Below, piece after piece: positions 9,192-16,727 of a stretch of DNA of 20,000 nucleotides. The translations under genes were made by a program, and so were the position numbers. This DNA comes from an uncultured virus (IMG/VR IMGVR_UViG_3300029955_000846) (taxonomy: Duplodnaviria > Heunggongvirae > Uroviricota > Caudoviricetes), in IMG/VR virus record IMGVR_UViG_3300029955_000846; one strand, written 5' to 3'. Every line of letters starts with the position of its first letter. Position 1 is the stretch's first letter. The notes below the pieces were generated by a model. That model was given only the letters and a program-made list of their open reading frames with translations. It ran no database searches and was not told the DNA's origin.

Positions 9192-10073
9192 TTCGGTTTC
9201 TCCATCGTCAGATGCGAGGTGATCGGCCAGAAATTTGGCCATGGCATCGCCCGGCGCGCCGCTGGTGTCAGCGAGACCGTTCGACAGGGCTTGCGCAGCA
9301 GTGAAAGTCCTACCCTTCGTGTCCCGAACGGTCGTCTCGTCCATGCTGCGATTCCGGGACACGAGGCCCACGAAATGCTGATAAAGTTCGTCGACGCTGG
9401 CTTGCATCCGATCCCGATGATCGTCGCCGAGCGGGGCATAAGGGCTGCCTGCGGTCTTATCGCCACCCTCGGGAGCCGAGATCAGGGTCATCTTGACCCC
9501 AGCCTTGTCCATCGCCTTGGACACATCCATGTGTCCGGTAACGACACCCACCGAACCCGCCCCGCCGGTGCGCGATACCGAAATGCAATCGGCCGGGGTC
9601 GCCAGGCTGTACGCTGCGGAATAGGCCGGCTCCGCGCTGGCGAGTACGGGCTTCGTTTTGGTCGCGACCATGTGGTCGACGAGATCGAAATTGCCGGCGG
9701 CGTGACCACCACTAGATGAGATTGAAAGATGCACAGCCTTCACATTGGGATCGGCCATGCCGCGGTCCCATGCGCGCGAAAGGTACTGGTAACCCGTGGC
9801 CCAGGGGGTCGAATAACTGAAGCCGTTCAGAAGTGTGCCAGTCACCGGAATGGTGAGCACACCATCCTGCACATTATACGGACGGTACTGCGCGCGCCAA
9901 TCATCGGCCGCAGGCCAAAACCCATCATCGGTACTGCCACCAGCGGCGAGCATCTCAAGTCCATGGTCCATAATCGCCAGCTTTTGCGAGCAATCGGCGA
10001 GCCACGAGGCTTGGTCTGCGGCAACCAATGCGACCGAGCCAGAGAAGGACGAGAGGAAAGCATCAACGCCCAC
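8700..10073 (-). CDS. S49-family prohead protease with C-terminal scaffold (lambda gpC/Nu3-like), ~457 aa
   Basis: ISSSGG, AYSAAYSLA (catalytic Ser), GSVGV, GGDK motifs. GGAGG precedes GTG at 10073 (the track start 10124 lacks an obvious SD). Confidence 0.9.
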   Translation of the reverse strand: MGVDAFLSSFSGSVALVAADQASWLADCSQKLAIMDHGLEMLAAGGSTDDGFWPAADDWRAQYRPYNVQDGVLTIPVTGTLLNGFSYSTPWATGYQYLSRAWDRGMADPNVKAVHLSISSSGGHAAGNFDLVDHMVATKTKPVLASAEPAYSAAYSLATPADCISVSRTGGAGSVGVVTGHMDVSKAMDKAGVKMTLISAPEGGDKTAGSPYAPLGDDHRDRMQASVDELYQHFVGLVSRNRSMDETTVRDTKGRTFTAAQALSNGLADTSGAPGDAMAKFLADHLASDDGETEMSNQSSGTVDQAAHDTAVASARAEGHAAGVAEGTTAERTRIDAILNSPEAQTHPALARKIAFKQTMSAADAASFMADLPAETPAPSAAAPVAAVPAADPPVSAHANSNFAAAMGATGGAGVTPGGPEARVEDPDDAGSALSAAAAMGIPGLRSTQKLKDGPTR

Positions 10074-10207
10074 GGGCACCTCCCGCGGCTTGCTTTGAAA
10101 TGCAATCTTTGTGGCGAGTGTCACGCAAAAGTTGACTTACGTCCAAAACTTGGCGACAAGGATCGCGCTTGAGAACCAACGGCGAGTCGTGACCCATGAG
10201 ACGGAAG

Positions 10208-11926
10208 TCATCCATTGCTCTTGCCTTTCGCCTTCCCACCCTGGAAACCGCTGGCGCTCTGCCCGCTGTCTTGCTGGCCAAGTGTGCCGGTGGTGGCGTT
10301 CATCATGTCGGACGACACGTTTTGCAGGATGCCCAACTTGTCCATCATCTCGCGCTCGCGCTGGATCTGGGCGAACAGCTTGCGCCAATCCATACCGAGG
10401 CGGGCCGCCTCTCGCTGATAGCTCGAGATGCCGAAAATAATGCGCTGGATCGCGGCCTGCGTTTCCTTAAGCTCATCTACCTGGCCACGGCTCGCACCAA
10501 TCCATTCGGCCTGCGTGTATGCGTCGAAGAACAGGCCGAGCCGCCCGTTGGCATCATAAATCGACGGGCACTTGCGGGTCAGCGACGTGATCTGGCCTGC
10601 GTTGACGGCTTCCTCGAACCACAGGCGGTATATCTGGTTGGCGAAAGCGTCGGTGCCCCGCCGCTTCTTGGACTGCATGCCCTTCCACGTCTCGACCGCT
10701 CCCGCGCGGAACGAGGCATAATTGACATGGCTATAGTCCCGCGAAAGCTGCTCATAGCTGACGCCGAGGTTGGCCGAGAGATAGCGCAGCAGGGACGCTT
10801 CAAAGTTCGTCCCCATCGCATCGCTGCCGCCGGCCGGACGAAGTTGCAGCTTCGTCCCAGGGAACAGATGGGGGATTTTCACCCCGTCGATCGCGATGTT
10901 CTTGGCGCCCTTCGCGTAGGCCCCCACCGCCGCGAGATAACCTTGCGCGTACTGGGTGATCATCTTCTCAAACGCGACTTCCGAGACGTTGCCGCCCCCA
11001 AGCTGTGTCATCACCGTTTCACTCGGCAAATCGGATTCAATCGTGGCCGCATACGTCGCGTTGACCACGGCATTCTGCAGCACGACGTCCCGATATCGCT
11101 TCGTCATCCGCATCTCTTTGAGTGCGGAAACCATGGTGGAAACGCCGCGCGATTGATCGACGCGCCAGCGATCGACAATGTGGATGACCTTCGGGCGCCC
11201 CCAGGGCTCACGGGCAGGCACCCGCTGCCAAGTGTAGGCGTCGATGCTGGCGATCGAGGAAAAGTCAACGGGATGGGCCTTGCGGATATGGTATCCGATC
11301 GGCACCCCATCATTGTTCTTCTCGACCCCGCCGCGCAGGTTCGGGTTATCCCACTGGCCGTAAGGGTTCGACAGCCGGTCAGTATCGATCATCTGGATCG
11401 CCGTGCCGAACGGACGCCCATCGCTCATCCACTCGGACGAGGCGAGGATCTCGCTGCCCGACACCATCAGGCCGGCAGCCATGCGGACCATCGACGTGAA
11501 GTCGTGGGCCATGGTTTTATCGATCCAATGGCTGGGGCTATCGGCCCAAACCTGGAACTTCGATTCAACCTCGCGCTGGAATTCCTCGGCCCATGTGGAA
11601 TCCAGCCCCAGCACCTCGAGATTGGGGTGGCAGTTCAGCAGGTAATGCGATCCGACAATGTTGTCTTTGTGGATCTCGGAACCAGCGAACACGTAGGAGT
11701 CGTTGCGGATGCTGTCGCGCACGCGGGCGTCCAGCAACGGTTTATCGTTCAGGATATCGAAATCGGCCGAGGTCAGCGATGGCTGCCACAAGGCCAGGGT
11801 CTCGTCGAAACGCTGGGCGCCCTCATAGGCACCGCCGACCATCATGTCGGGCCCATCCTGCCGGGGGGTCACGAAAGAAGTGACTTGCGGGGGGCCGATC
11901 AGGTCATGATCTTCCTGGGTGAGCAT
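10208..11926 (-). CDS. Portal protein, lambda family, 572 aa
   Basis: ARVRDSIRND, IDTDRLSNP, GVPIGYHI, QSRGVS, LGVSYEQLSRDYSHVNYAS and VDELKE motifs; follows gpW. Confidence 0.93.
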   Translation of the reverse strand: MLTQEDHDLIGPPQVTSFVTPRQDGPDMMVGGAYEGAQRFDETLALWQPSLTSADFDILNDKPLLDARVRDSIRNDSYVFAGSEIHKDNIVGSHYLLNCHPNLEVLGLDSTWAEEFQREVESKFQVWADSPSHWIDKTMAHDFTSMVRMAAGLMVSGSEILASSEWMSDGRPFGTAIQMIDTDRLSNPYGQWDNPNLRGGVEKNNDGVPIGYHIRKAHPVDFSSIASIDAYTWQRVPAREPWGRPKVIHIVDRWRVDQSRGVSTMVSALKEMRMTKRYRDVVLQNAVVNATYAATIESDLPSETVMTQLGGGNVSEVAFEKMITQYAQGYLAAVGAYAKGAKNIAIDGVKIPHLFPGTKLQLRPAGGSDAMGTNFEASLLRYLSANLGVSYEQLSRDYSHVNYASFRAGAVETWKGMQSKKRRGTDAFANQIYRLWFEEAVNAGQITSLTRKCPSIYDANGRLGLFFDAYTQAEWIGASRGQVDELKETQAAIQRIIFGISSYQREAARLGMDWRKLFAQIQREREMMDKLGILQNVSSDMMNATTGTLGQQDSGQSASGFQGGKAKGKSNG

Positions 11927-11929
11927 CGC

Positions 11930-12145
11930 TTAGAACCAGGGCCGCATGGGACGATTGACCCGGCTATGCGGGTTCAATTTGTCCTCAAGGGACGTAATGT
12001 AGTCTTGCAGCTTATTGGCGTTAACCTGCGTATATTGCACGGTTTCGCCGTTCTGGTCCTTGACCATAACCACCGAGCGGCCGGTCATCAACAGATGATA
12101 GGCCTCACGCGCTTCCGACAGCAATTGGGCAATCGTGCTCTGCAC
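11930..12145 (-). CDS. Head-to-tail joining protein gpW, 71 aa
   Basis: AREAYHLLMTGRSVV..DQNGETVQYT matches the gpW pattern; AAGGAG SD; lies between terminase and portal. Confidence 0.88.
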   Translation of the reverse strand: MQSTIAQLLSEAREAYHLLMTGRSVVMVKDQNGETVQYTQVNANKLQDYITSLEDKLNPHSRVNRPMRPWF

Positions 12146-12157
12146 GCGGCGTGCTCC

Positions 12158-14245
12158 TTACGCCAATTGGGAAGCGAGACTTTCTAGGCTAATATCACTC
12201 TTTTGGTGACTGTCAAACGGCTTGGCCGCATTTTCGGCGAACACAAGATCATTCTGCTCCCAGCCATCGGCCCAGCCAGGGGGATATTCCCAATTGATAT
12301 GATCGAGGTTGGGGGAGACCTGGCGCCCGTTCAACGCGACGGAATAAGCGTAATAGAGCAGATCCCATGCCTCGTTGCGCCGCGACCCGATTTTTATCCA
12401 GCCCTTGTCCGTTCGCGTTTCGGCGCAAAGCTGGGAATACAGCCAGTCGGGCATCCAGTGCGGAAAGTTCACCATGCCACCGCCGGGTGTCTCGCGGCCA
12501 AGCCGATTTGCCGCGACGTCCTTCATCAGGTTCGAGTTGATGAACAGCACTGGGATATCGCCGCGGGCGAGCGCCATGCGATCCTTCTTCTGAGAGTCCG
12601 GGTATCCGACGTGGACGCGCGGCGCGGATTTGCTCGGCTCACCCTTGAGCAGTTGGAACCGGATCGAAGCCTGATCCTCGCGGGTGTCCCGCAGCTTGCG
12701 CCAGAACTGGTATGCGTTCGCGGTGACGCCGGCCTTGCCGCCCGAGTCACAACCGATCGCCTTGACCGACATGCGCCGGCCCGACCCATCCGCGAGTGGA
12801 TAGGAGCGCTCGATCACTTTTTCTATCAGGACATCCCAATCTTCCAGATAGGCCCCCGGGTCGAGCAACTCGCGTTCTCCGCGATCGTTGATGCGGGTCT
12901 CTGACCGGGTGATGCGATCGGAATCGACGATCCAGACATCGCCCCCTTCGCCAAAACCATGCACTTGGTAGACGAATGCGCTTTTCTGGATATCGACGGT
13001 GGTGATCAGAAAGCGCACGCCCAGCGGCACGGCGGGGTCGTCTGCGGTGCCACCCCAATCTTTCGCGCGCGCCTTGAGATGCTCTGGCAGACGCTCGAGC
13101 CGAGACGCTTGGGGAATATAGGCATCACCCTGATCGGTGTTGGTGGTGACCTTGAGCGATTCTTCAGACCCAGTGTTCTCGAAATCCTGCTTGGCTTGCA
13201 GGTATTTGAGGACCAGCGATGTCCAATCCTGGAATGCTGCCGCCGGCCCCTTCAACCAGAAGCTCGAGATATCCGTGCGGCGCGGGCGCCCGACGATCTC
13301 GCCATCGGGTTGCCAGATCATACCATCCTTGATCCACCGGCCAGCGTTGTTCAGTTCACGCTTCAGCGCCGGGGGAATTGGGTAACCGCAATGGGGGCAG
13401 GGGAGGGTGACCTGCTCAGCGATTTCCAGCAGGTCGATAGTGTCGATGTCGGGGTAATCGAACATCGAAAAATTGGCCTCGAACTTCTCGTTGCACTGCG
13501 GGCATGGCCAATACCAGCGGCGGCGATCACCGCGGTTATAGAGGGCGAGAATTCCGTCAACAGGGGGTGCCTCATGCGCGGATTTGGCCAGCCAGTTGGG
13601 GTCCTTGATCTCGAACCCGGGCGAGGACTCCGCGACGCACATTCCGAACCGCTTGAAGGTCGTGGCGCGCTTTCGGGCCAGATCGTAAGGGTTACCTTCG
13701 CCGTCGACGTCCTGCGTCATGCGGTCGTAATCCATCAACCACAGGCGCGGGACAGTCTTGCCCGATAGCTCATTGATGGTCGGCCACTTGATCAGCAGCC
13801 GCATTCCCGACTTGAACCACTTGTCGAACACGTTGTCGTTTTGCCGGCCGGGGACCAGCAATTCGCCCAAGGCCTTGGAATGGCGGAAAGCGCGTGCAAG
13901 ATCGCCGAGAGACCAGTCGCGGGCCGTCGCTTGCGTCATGTGCAGCAGCATCATATCTGCCGGATCGCACTTGGCAGTGTGCAGCAAGTAATTGAAAAAC
14001 ATATCAGACTTGCCGGTACGCGCCGGCCCGGCAAAGATCATGCCGGTGAAGTCCAACGAGGTGGTCTCGTTCATCGGTTCGACGAGATATGGGGCAAACG
14101 TATTGTCCCAGTAGCCGACGAACGACCCTTGGTTGTTCAGGAAGCGATAACGCTCCGCGCACTCAGCCACGGTGACGCGCTCAGGCGGCCGAAGCATGCT
14201 CGCCGCCTGAGCGATCAGATGCTCAAGGGAGACATATGCCCCCAT
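12158..14245 (-). CDS. Terminase large subunit, GpA family, 695 aa
   Basis: APYLVEPM, Walker A GPARTGKS, EGNPYDLARKRATTF, GDRRRWYWPCPQC/CPHC, TVDIQ, CDSGG and RNEAWDLLYY motifs. Confidence 0.95.
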   Translation of the reverse strand: MGAYVSLEHLIAQAASMLRPPERVTVAECAERYRFLNNQGSFVGYWDNTFAPYLVEPMNETTSLDFTGMIFAGPARTGKSDMFFNYLLHTAKCDPADMMLLHMTQATARDWSLGDLARAFRHSKALGELLVPGRQNDNVFDKWFKSGMRLLIKWPTINELSGKTVPRLWLMDYDRMTQDVDGEGNPYDLARKRATTFKRFGMCVAESSPGFEIKDPNWLAKSAHEAPPVDGILALYNRGDRRRWYWPCPQCNEKFEANFSMFDYPDIDTIDLLEIAEQVTLPCPHCGYPIPPALKRELNNAGRWIKDGMIWQPDGEIVGRPRRTDISSFWLKGPAAAFQDWTSLVLKYLQAKQDFENTGSEESLKVTTNTDQGDAYIPQASRLERLPEHLKARAKDWGGTADDPAVPLGVRFLITTVDIQKSAFVYQVHGFGEGGDVWIVDSDRITRSETRINDRGERELLDPGAYLEDWDVLIEKVIERSYPLADGSGRRMSVKAIGCDSGGKAGVTANAYQFWRKLRDTREDQASIRFQLLKGEPSKSAPRVHVGYPDSQKKDRMALARGDIPVLFINSNLMKDVAANRLGRETPGGGMVNFPHWMPDWLYSQLCAETRTDKGWIKIGSRRNEAWDLLYYAYSVALNGRQVSPNLDHINWEYPPGWADGWEQNDLVFAENAAKPFDSHQKSDISLESLASQLA

Positions 14246-14259
14246 CAGATCAGATCCTC
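14242..14259. repeat. 18-bp direct repeat copy 1 (CCATCAGATCAGATCCTC) at methyltransferase/terL junction
   Basis: Identical to 15312-15329; extends to 21 bp with one mismatch. On the minus strand it holds the GAGGA SD and the TGATG stop/start. Confidence 0.9.
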
Positions 14260-15315
14260 GTCGCTTACAAGCTCAAGGCGAGCAAGATCGCCAATCGCCT
14301 CAACTGCGGAGAGGATGAACGCCATTGCTGCGGGCGCGACGATCGCGTTGCCGGCACCTTTGAGGAGCCCTTGGCGCGATTTGCCTTCAAAGGTGCCGCC
14401 GCTATCCAATCGGAAGGCAGCCCCATCAACCAGAGGGAATGTGCCGGGTTCAACTGGCCGCCACTTTCCATCCCGGCATCCGAGCCAGTCAACATCTCGC
14501 CAGAAACCGTTAGTCGGGCCGGGGTCGCCAGATGCGTCGCTACCGAAGTCAACGTGTCGAACTTGCCCCTCGACCACCGGGCCCCCGAGGACTCCGAGTC
14601 CTCGCTGCGTGTGGTCGGCCGGCCTGCCAATACCACCAATTCGTTCAATGGTGGCCCCTTCGCTCCCCGATCGTGCGGCCCCGCATTCGGTCGGCCCTTC
14701 CAATCCCTGGCCTGTGGACATGGCCAACCGGCCAATGGCACCGTCTCTGGGAGCGCCATCGCGTTTTTCCGCGGCGACACCAGACCGCCCTTGATTGAAT
14801 CGCTCACCAATGGAGTAGGCCACCCAGTAGTTCCGGTCTCGGATGTGCGGCGCGCCGATGCCCGCAGCCGGAAACGGGACACACCCGAAGGCGTAGTCCA
14901 AGGTTTCCAAGTCAGCGTGTACAAGGTCGACCCAAACTTCTGCGTTCTTGCTCGCAACCTGCTCTCCAGCAACGATTGCAGGACGGCACTGTTGGATGAG
15001 CCAATACCAGGTCGGCCACAAATGCCGCTCGTCAGCAAACCCATCTCCCTTGCCTGCCGCGCTGAAAGGCTGGCAGGGACAGGATCCTGTCCAGATGGGA
15101 GCGCTGTCTGGCCAACCAACGGATCGGAGAGCAAAAGACCAGACGCCGATCCCGGCAAAGAAATGGCATTGGGTGAATTCTCGCAGGTCATCAGGGCTGA
15201 CGTCCTCAATTGATCTGTTGTCAACATAGCCGGGCGCAATCAACCCACGCGTGATTAGACCGCGAAGCCACTCGGCCGCATGGGGATCGAACTCATTATA
15301 ATAGGCCCACGCCAT
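14245..15315 (-). CDS. C5 cytosine DNA methyltransferase, alpha subunit, 356 aa
   Basis: FFAGIG (motif I), GSCPCQPFS (IV), GEQV (VI), GAPHIRDR (VIII), GNAI (X). No recognisable motif IX in this frame. Confidence 0.9.
   Translation of the reverse strand: MAWAYYNEFDPHAAEWLRGLITRGLIAPGYVDNRSIEDVSPDDLREFTQCHFFAGIGVWSFALRSVGWPDSAPIWTGSCPCQPFSAAGKGDGFADERHLWPTWYWLIQQCRPAIVAGEQVASKNAEVWVDLVHADLETLDYAFGCVPFPAAGIGAPHIRDRNYWVAYSIGERFNQGRSGVAAEKRDGAPRDGAIGRLAMSTGQGLEGPTECGAARSGSEGATIERIGGIGRPADHTQRGLGVLGGPVVEGQVRHVDFGSDASGDPGPTNGFWRDVDWLGCRDGKWRPVEPGTFPLVDGAAFRLDSGGTFEGKSRQGLLKGAGNAIVAPAAMAFILSAVEAIGDLARLELVSDEDLI
14265..15191 (-). CDS. Putative methyltransferase beta subunit encoded in an alternative frame wholly inside the alpha gene (~308 aa; start uncertain)
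   Basis: Long same-strand overlapping ORF with [18 protein letters not shown] (motif IX-like, 14406-14462) and repeated WPTP/WPCP/RPTT units. Confidence 0.75.
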   Translation of the reverse strand: MTCENSPNAISLPGSASGLLLSDPLVGQTALPSGQDPVPASLSARQAREMGLLTSGICGRPGIGSSNSAVLQSLLESRLRARTQKFGSTLYTLTWKPWTTPSGVSRFRLRASARRTSETGTTGWPTPLVSDSIKGGLVSPRKNAMALPETVPLAGWPCPQARDWKGRPNAGPHDRGAKGPPLNELVVLAGRPTTRSEDSESSGARWSRGKFDTLTSVATHLATPARLTVSGEMLTGSDAGMESGGQLNPAHSLWLMGLPSDWIAAAPLKANRAKGSSKVPATRSSRPQQWRSSSPQLRRLAILLALSL

Positions 15316-15329
15316 CAGATCAGATCCTC
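15312..15329. repeat. 18-bp direct repeat copy 2 at terS/methyltransferase junction
   Basis: Identical to 14242-14259. Confidence 0.9.
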
Positions 15330-16103
15330 ATCTTCCGGCAAAAGAACTGGGTCCGGGGCAATCTGATTAATGATGACTTCGGGGTCTTTGATGGAACTCG
15401 GAGTCTGCTTACGTCCCGGCAGCGAGACCATTTGCTGATAGATTTCGTCCATCAGCCCATCGACCATTACCTGGAATTTGGCCCGGGCTTCCGATGGCAT
15501 TTCGCCATCTGGATCAAGATTATCGACCCATAGTTGCATGGATCCCTTGATCGTCTTGAACATTTCGGAAAGTACCGCGAACACCGCATCGGTTTTCCAG
15601 AGTTCGCCAGCGTTCTCTTCCCAGATTTGCCGTTTGCGCATTGCTGACCAGTAGGTGTCCTGCAATTGGACCGGCATGTCGCTGGTACGCAGACCGCGCA
15701 TCCAGCGCGCAAATTTGTCGGGATCCGGGGGTGCCAACAGCGTGGTCGCCTGGACGAAGTCGAACAACTCGCGGTTGCCCTTGCTGATCGCGAGTGGCTT
15801 CAGGCCCGCCAGGCGCTTCCGAACGGTGCGACTGTCCACGCGAAAGGCTGAAGCGAGCCAAGCGATATTGACGCCCGACGACAACGACTCCGCGCGCACT
15901 GCGAATGTGCGGACCTGTTCCTCATCAACGTCGTCGCCCATGCGCGCGAGGATGCGCTCCATGCGATCGGGGCGCTTCGACGGCGCGGGCATGCCGTCAA
16001 TATCTACTTCCGGGAGGGAATTTTTGCGCGGGCGGCCGCGACCTCTTTTGGGGAGAGGATTCGCAACAGCCCAGTCGACGGCCTCGTCATCCGGTGACGG
16101 CAT
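15315..16103 (-). CDS. Terminase small subunit (DUF1441-like) with N-terminal AT-hook-like motif, ~262 aa
   Basis: HTH-like IAWLASAFRVDSRTVRKRL, YWSAMRKRQIWEENAGELW and KRGRGRPRK; upstream of terL. Start is tentative (ATG 16103). Confidence 0.78.
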   Translation of the reverse strand: MPSPDDEAVDWAVANPLPKRGRGRPRKNSLPEVDIDGMPAPSKRPDRMERILARMGDDVDEEQVRTFAVRAESLSSGVNIAWLASAFRVDSRTVRKRLAGLKPLAISKGNRELFDFVQATTLLAPPDPDKFARWMRGLRTSDMPVQLQDTYWSAMRKRQIWEENAGELWKTDAVFAVLSEMFKTIKGSMQLWVDNLDPDGEMPSEARAKFQVMVDGLMDEIYQQMVSLPGRKQTPSSIKDPEVIINQIAPDPVLLPEDEDLI

Positions 16104-16278
16104 CGGCGATCCGATCGCTGATCCACCGTTCGATCTCAGTTTTCCGCCAGACGGAAACACGGCCGAGTTTCAGCGGTTTGGGGAAGCGCTTTTCATCGAT
16201 CAGGCGATAAATCATGCTGCGTCGGTATCCGACACACCGGGACACGTCCGGCAAACGCATGAGGGTTTCGGCCAACAT
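16087..16278 (-). CDS. alpA: AlpA-family DNA-binding protein (probable excisionase/recombination directionality factor), 63 aa
   Basis: LMRLPDVSRCVGYRRSMIYRLIDEKRFPKPLKLGRVSVWRKTEIERWI is a typical AlpA pattern; near a P4-type integrase. Confidence 0.9.
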   Translation of the reverse strand: MLAETLMRLPDVSRCVGYRRSMIYRLIDEKRFPKPLKLGRVSVWRKTEIERWISDRIADAVTG

Positions 16279-16285
16279 GTTTTTG

Positions 16286-16314
16286 ACCATAGTCACCAAA
16301 AAAGTGACACGCAA
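16286..16314 (-). promoter_or_regulatory. Sigma70-like promoter for alpA-terS operon with palindromic operator as spacer
   Basis: TTGCGT (16314-16309), 17-bp spacer GTCACTTTTTTGGTGAC, TATGGT (16291-16286). Predicted start falls at or next to the alpA ATG. Confidence 0.65.
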
Positions 16315-16354
16315 CCTATTTATCTACGCTCAAAAATGGGCTATAGACTGATTC

Positions 16355-16425
16355 GCGCTAGCAGCGCATCCTCTCCCGAACTAGGCCACCAGAGCATGCC
16401 CCCGCTCTGGTGGCCTTTCTTTTTT
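16355..16425 (+). ncRNA. Candidate ~70-nt small RNA with CU-rich anti-SD-like seed
   Basis: -10-like TAGACT at 16344-16349, small hairpin GCGCT/AGCGC, single-stranded ATCCTCTCCC, then a strong terminator. No + strand gene upstream explains the terminator. Confidence 0.5.
16383..16425 (+). terminator. Rho-independent terminator
   Basis: Perfect 13-bp stem AGGCCACCAGAGC/GCTCTGGTGGCCT, 8-nt loop, followed by TTCTTTTTT. Confidence 0.85.
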
Positions 16426-16466
16426 ATCACCTTTTAGTTGACATAAATCTTATTGGTTGGCATAAA
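16426..16466 (+). promoter_or_regulatory. Sigma70-like promoter overlapped by operator-like palindrome
   Basis: TTGACA 16438-16443, 17-bp spacer, CATAAA 16461-16466. ATCAC-N7-TTGAC at 16426-16442 overlaps the -35. Confidence 0.6.
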
Positions 16467-16509
16467 ACTCAAATCGCGAACGGCTGTTGGCCACCCTGCG
16501 ATGGGTGGA

Positions 16510-16714
16510 GGATGTAGGAGCGATGGCGAGGAAAGGCGGGCACGATGCCAAGGGTCTTCGCCGACAGATCTGGGATAAGACCGTAAAACCCGGATCAACC
16601 AGTTTCAGAGGTGAGCCTCCCCACTAGACAGGGCTTACGGCACCCCACGGGGACAAGGTGTCGGCCAGTCGGCAGGTATCCAGGGGAGCGCCCGGCTTCC
16701 CATCGCCGGCATCC
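16510..16714 (+). ncRNA. Candidate structured RNA of unknown class (~205 nt)
   Basis: Nine mutually compatible nested helices plus two potential pseudoknots found by eye (see findings); no ORF of 60 aa or more. Confidence 0.55.
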
Positions 16715-16727
16715 GGGCATATAGGTT

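Noticed and set aside
10137..10211. 24-aa ORF coupled to the portal stop and in frame with the protease across one TAA
   Set aside because: Too short to support; the protease has its own good SD and GTG at 10073, so read-through or a pseudogene need not be invoked.
10196..12187. 663-aa + strand ORF (also 7041-8225, 4180-5133, 1660-2694, 2815-3855, 877-1647, 8649-9719)
   Set aside because: Antisense shadows of well-supported minus-strand genes, expected from high-GC codon bias; no recognisable motifs.
13720..13745. Terminase Walker B reads LWLMDYD without the usual Glu
   Set aside because: All other motifs are intact and I recall DYD variants in Chi-like terminases, so it is not evidence of inactivation; an alignment would confirm.
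14236..15213. 325-aa + strand ORF across the methyltransferase
   Set aside because: Antisense to a region already coding in two frames, which lowers stop frequency; no motif or SD support.
16051..16060. GGGAGAGGAT, exact complement of the sRNA seed ATCCTCTCCC
   Set aside because: It is on the + strand, so terS mRNA carries the same sequence as the seed and cannot pair with it; probably chance.
16523..16627. 34-aa ORF MARKGGHDAKGLRRQIWDKTVKPGSTSFRGEPPH with upstream GGAGGA
   Set aside because: Start is buried in predicted stems, there is no hydrophobic toxin-like character, and RNA structure explains the region better. Not fully excluded.
16528..16698. RNase P RNA-like words GAGGAAAG..CGGGC and CCCGGCTT in the structured RNA
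   Set aside because: They resemble the RNase P P4 strands, but the domain is too short, lacks P2/P3 before GAGGAAAG and lacks the conserved bulged U. Not called as rnpB; a covariance-model search would settle it.
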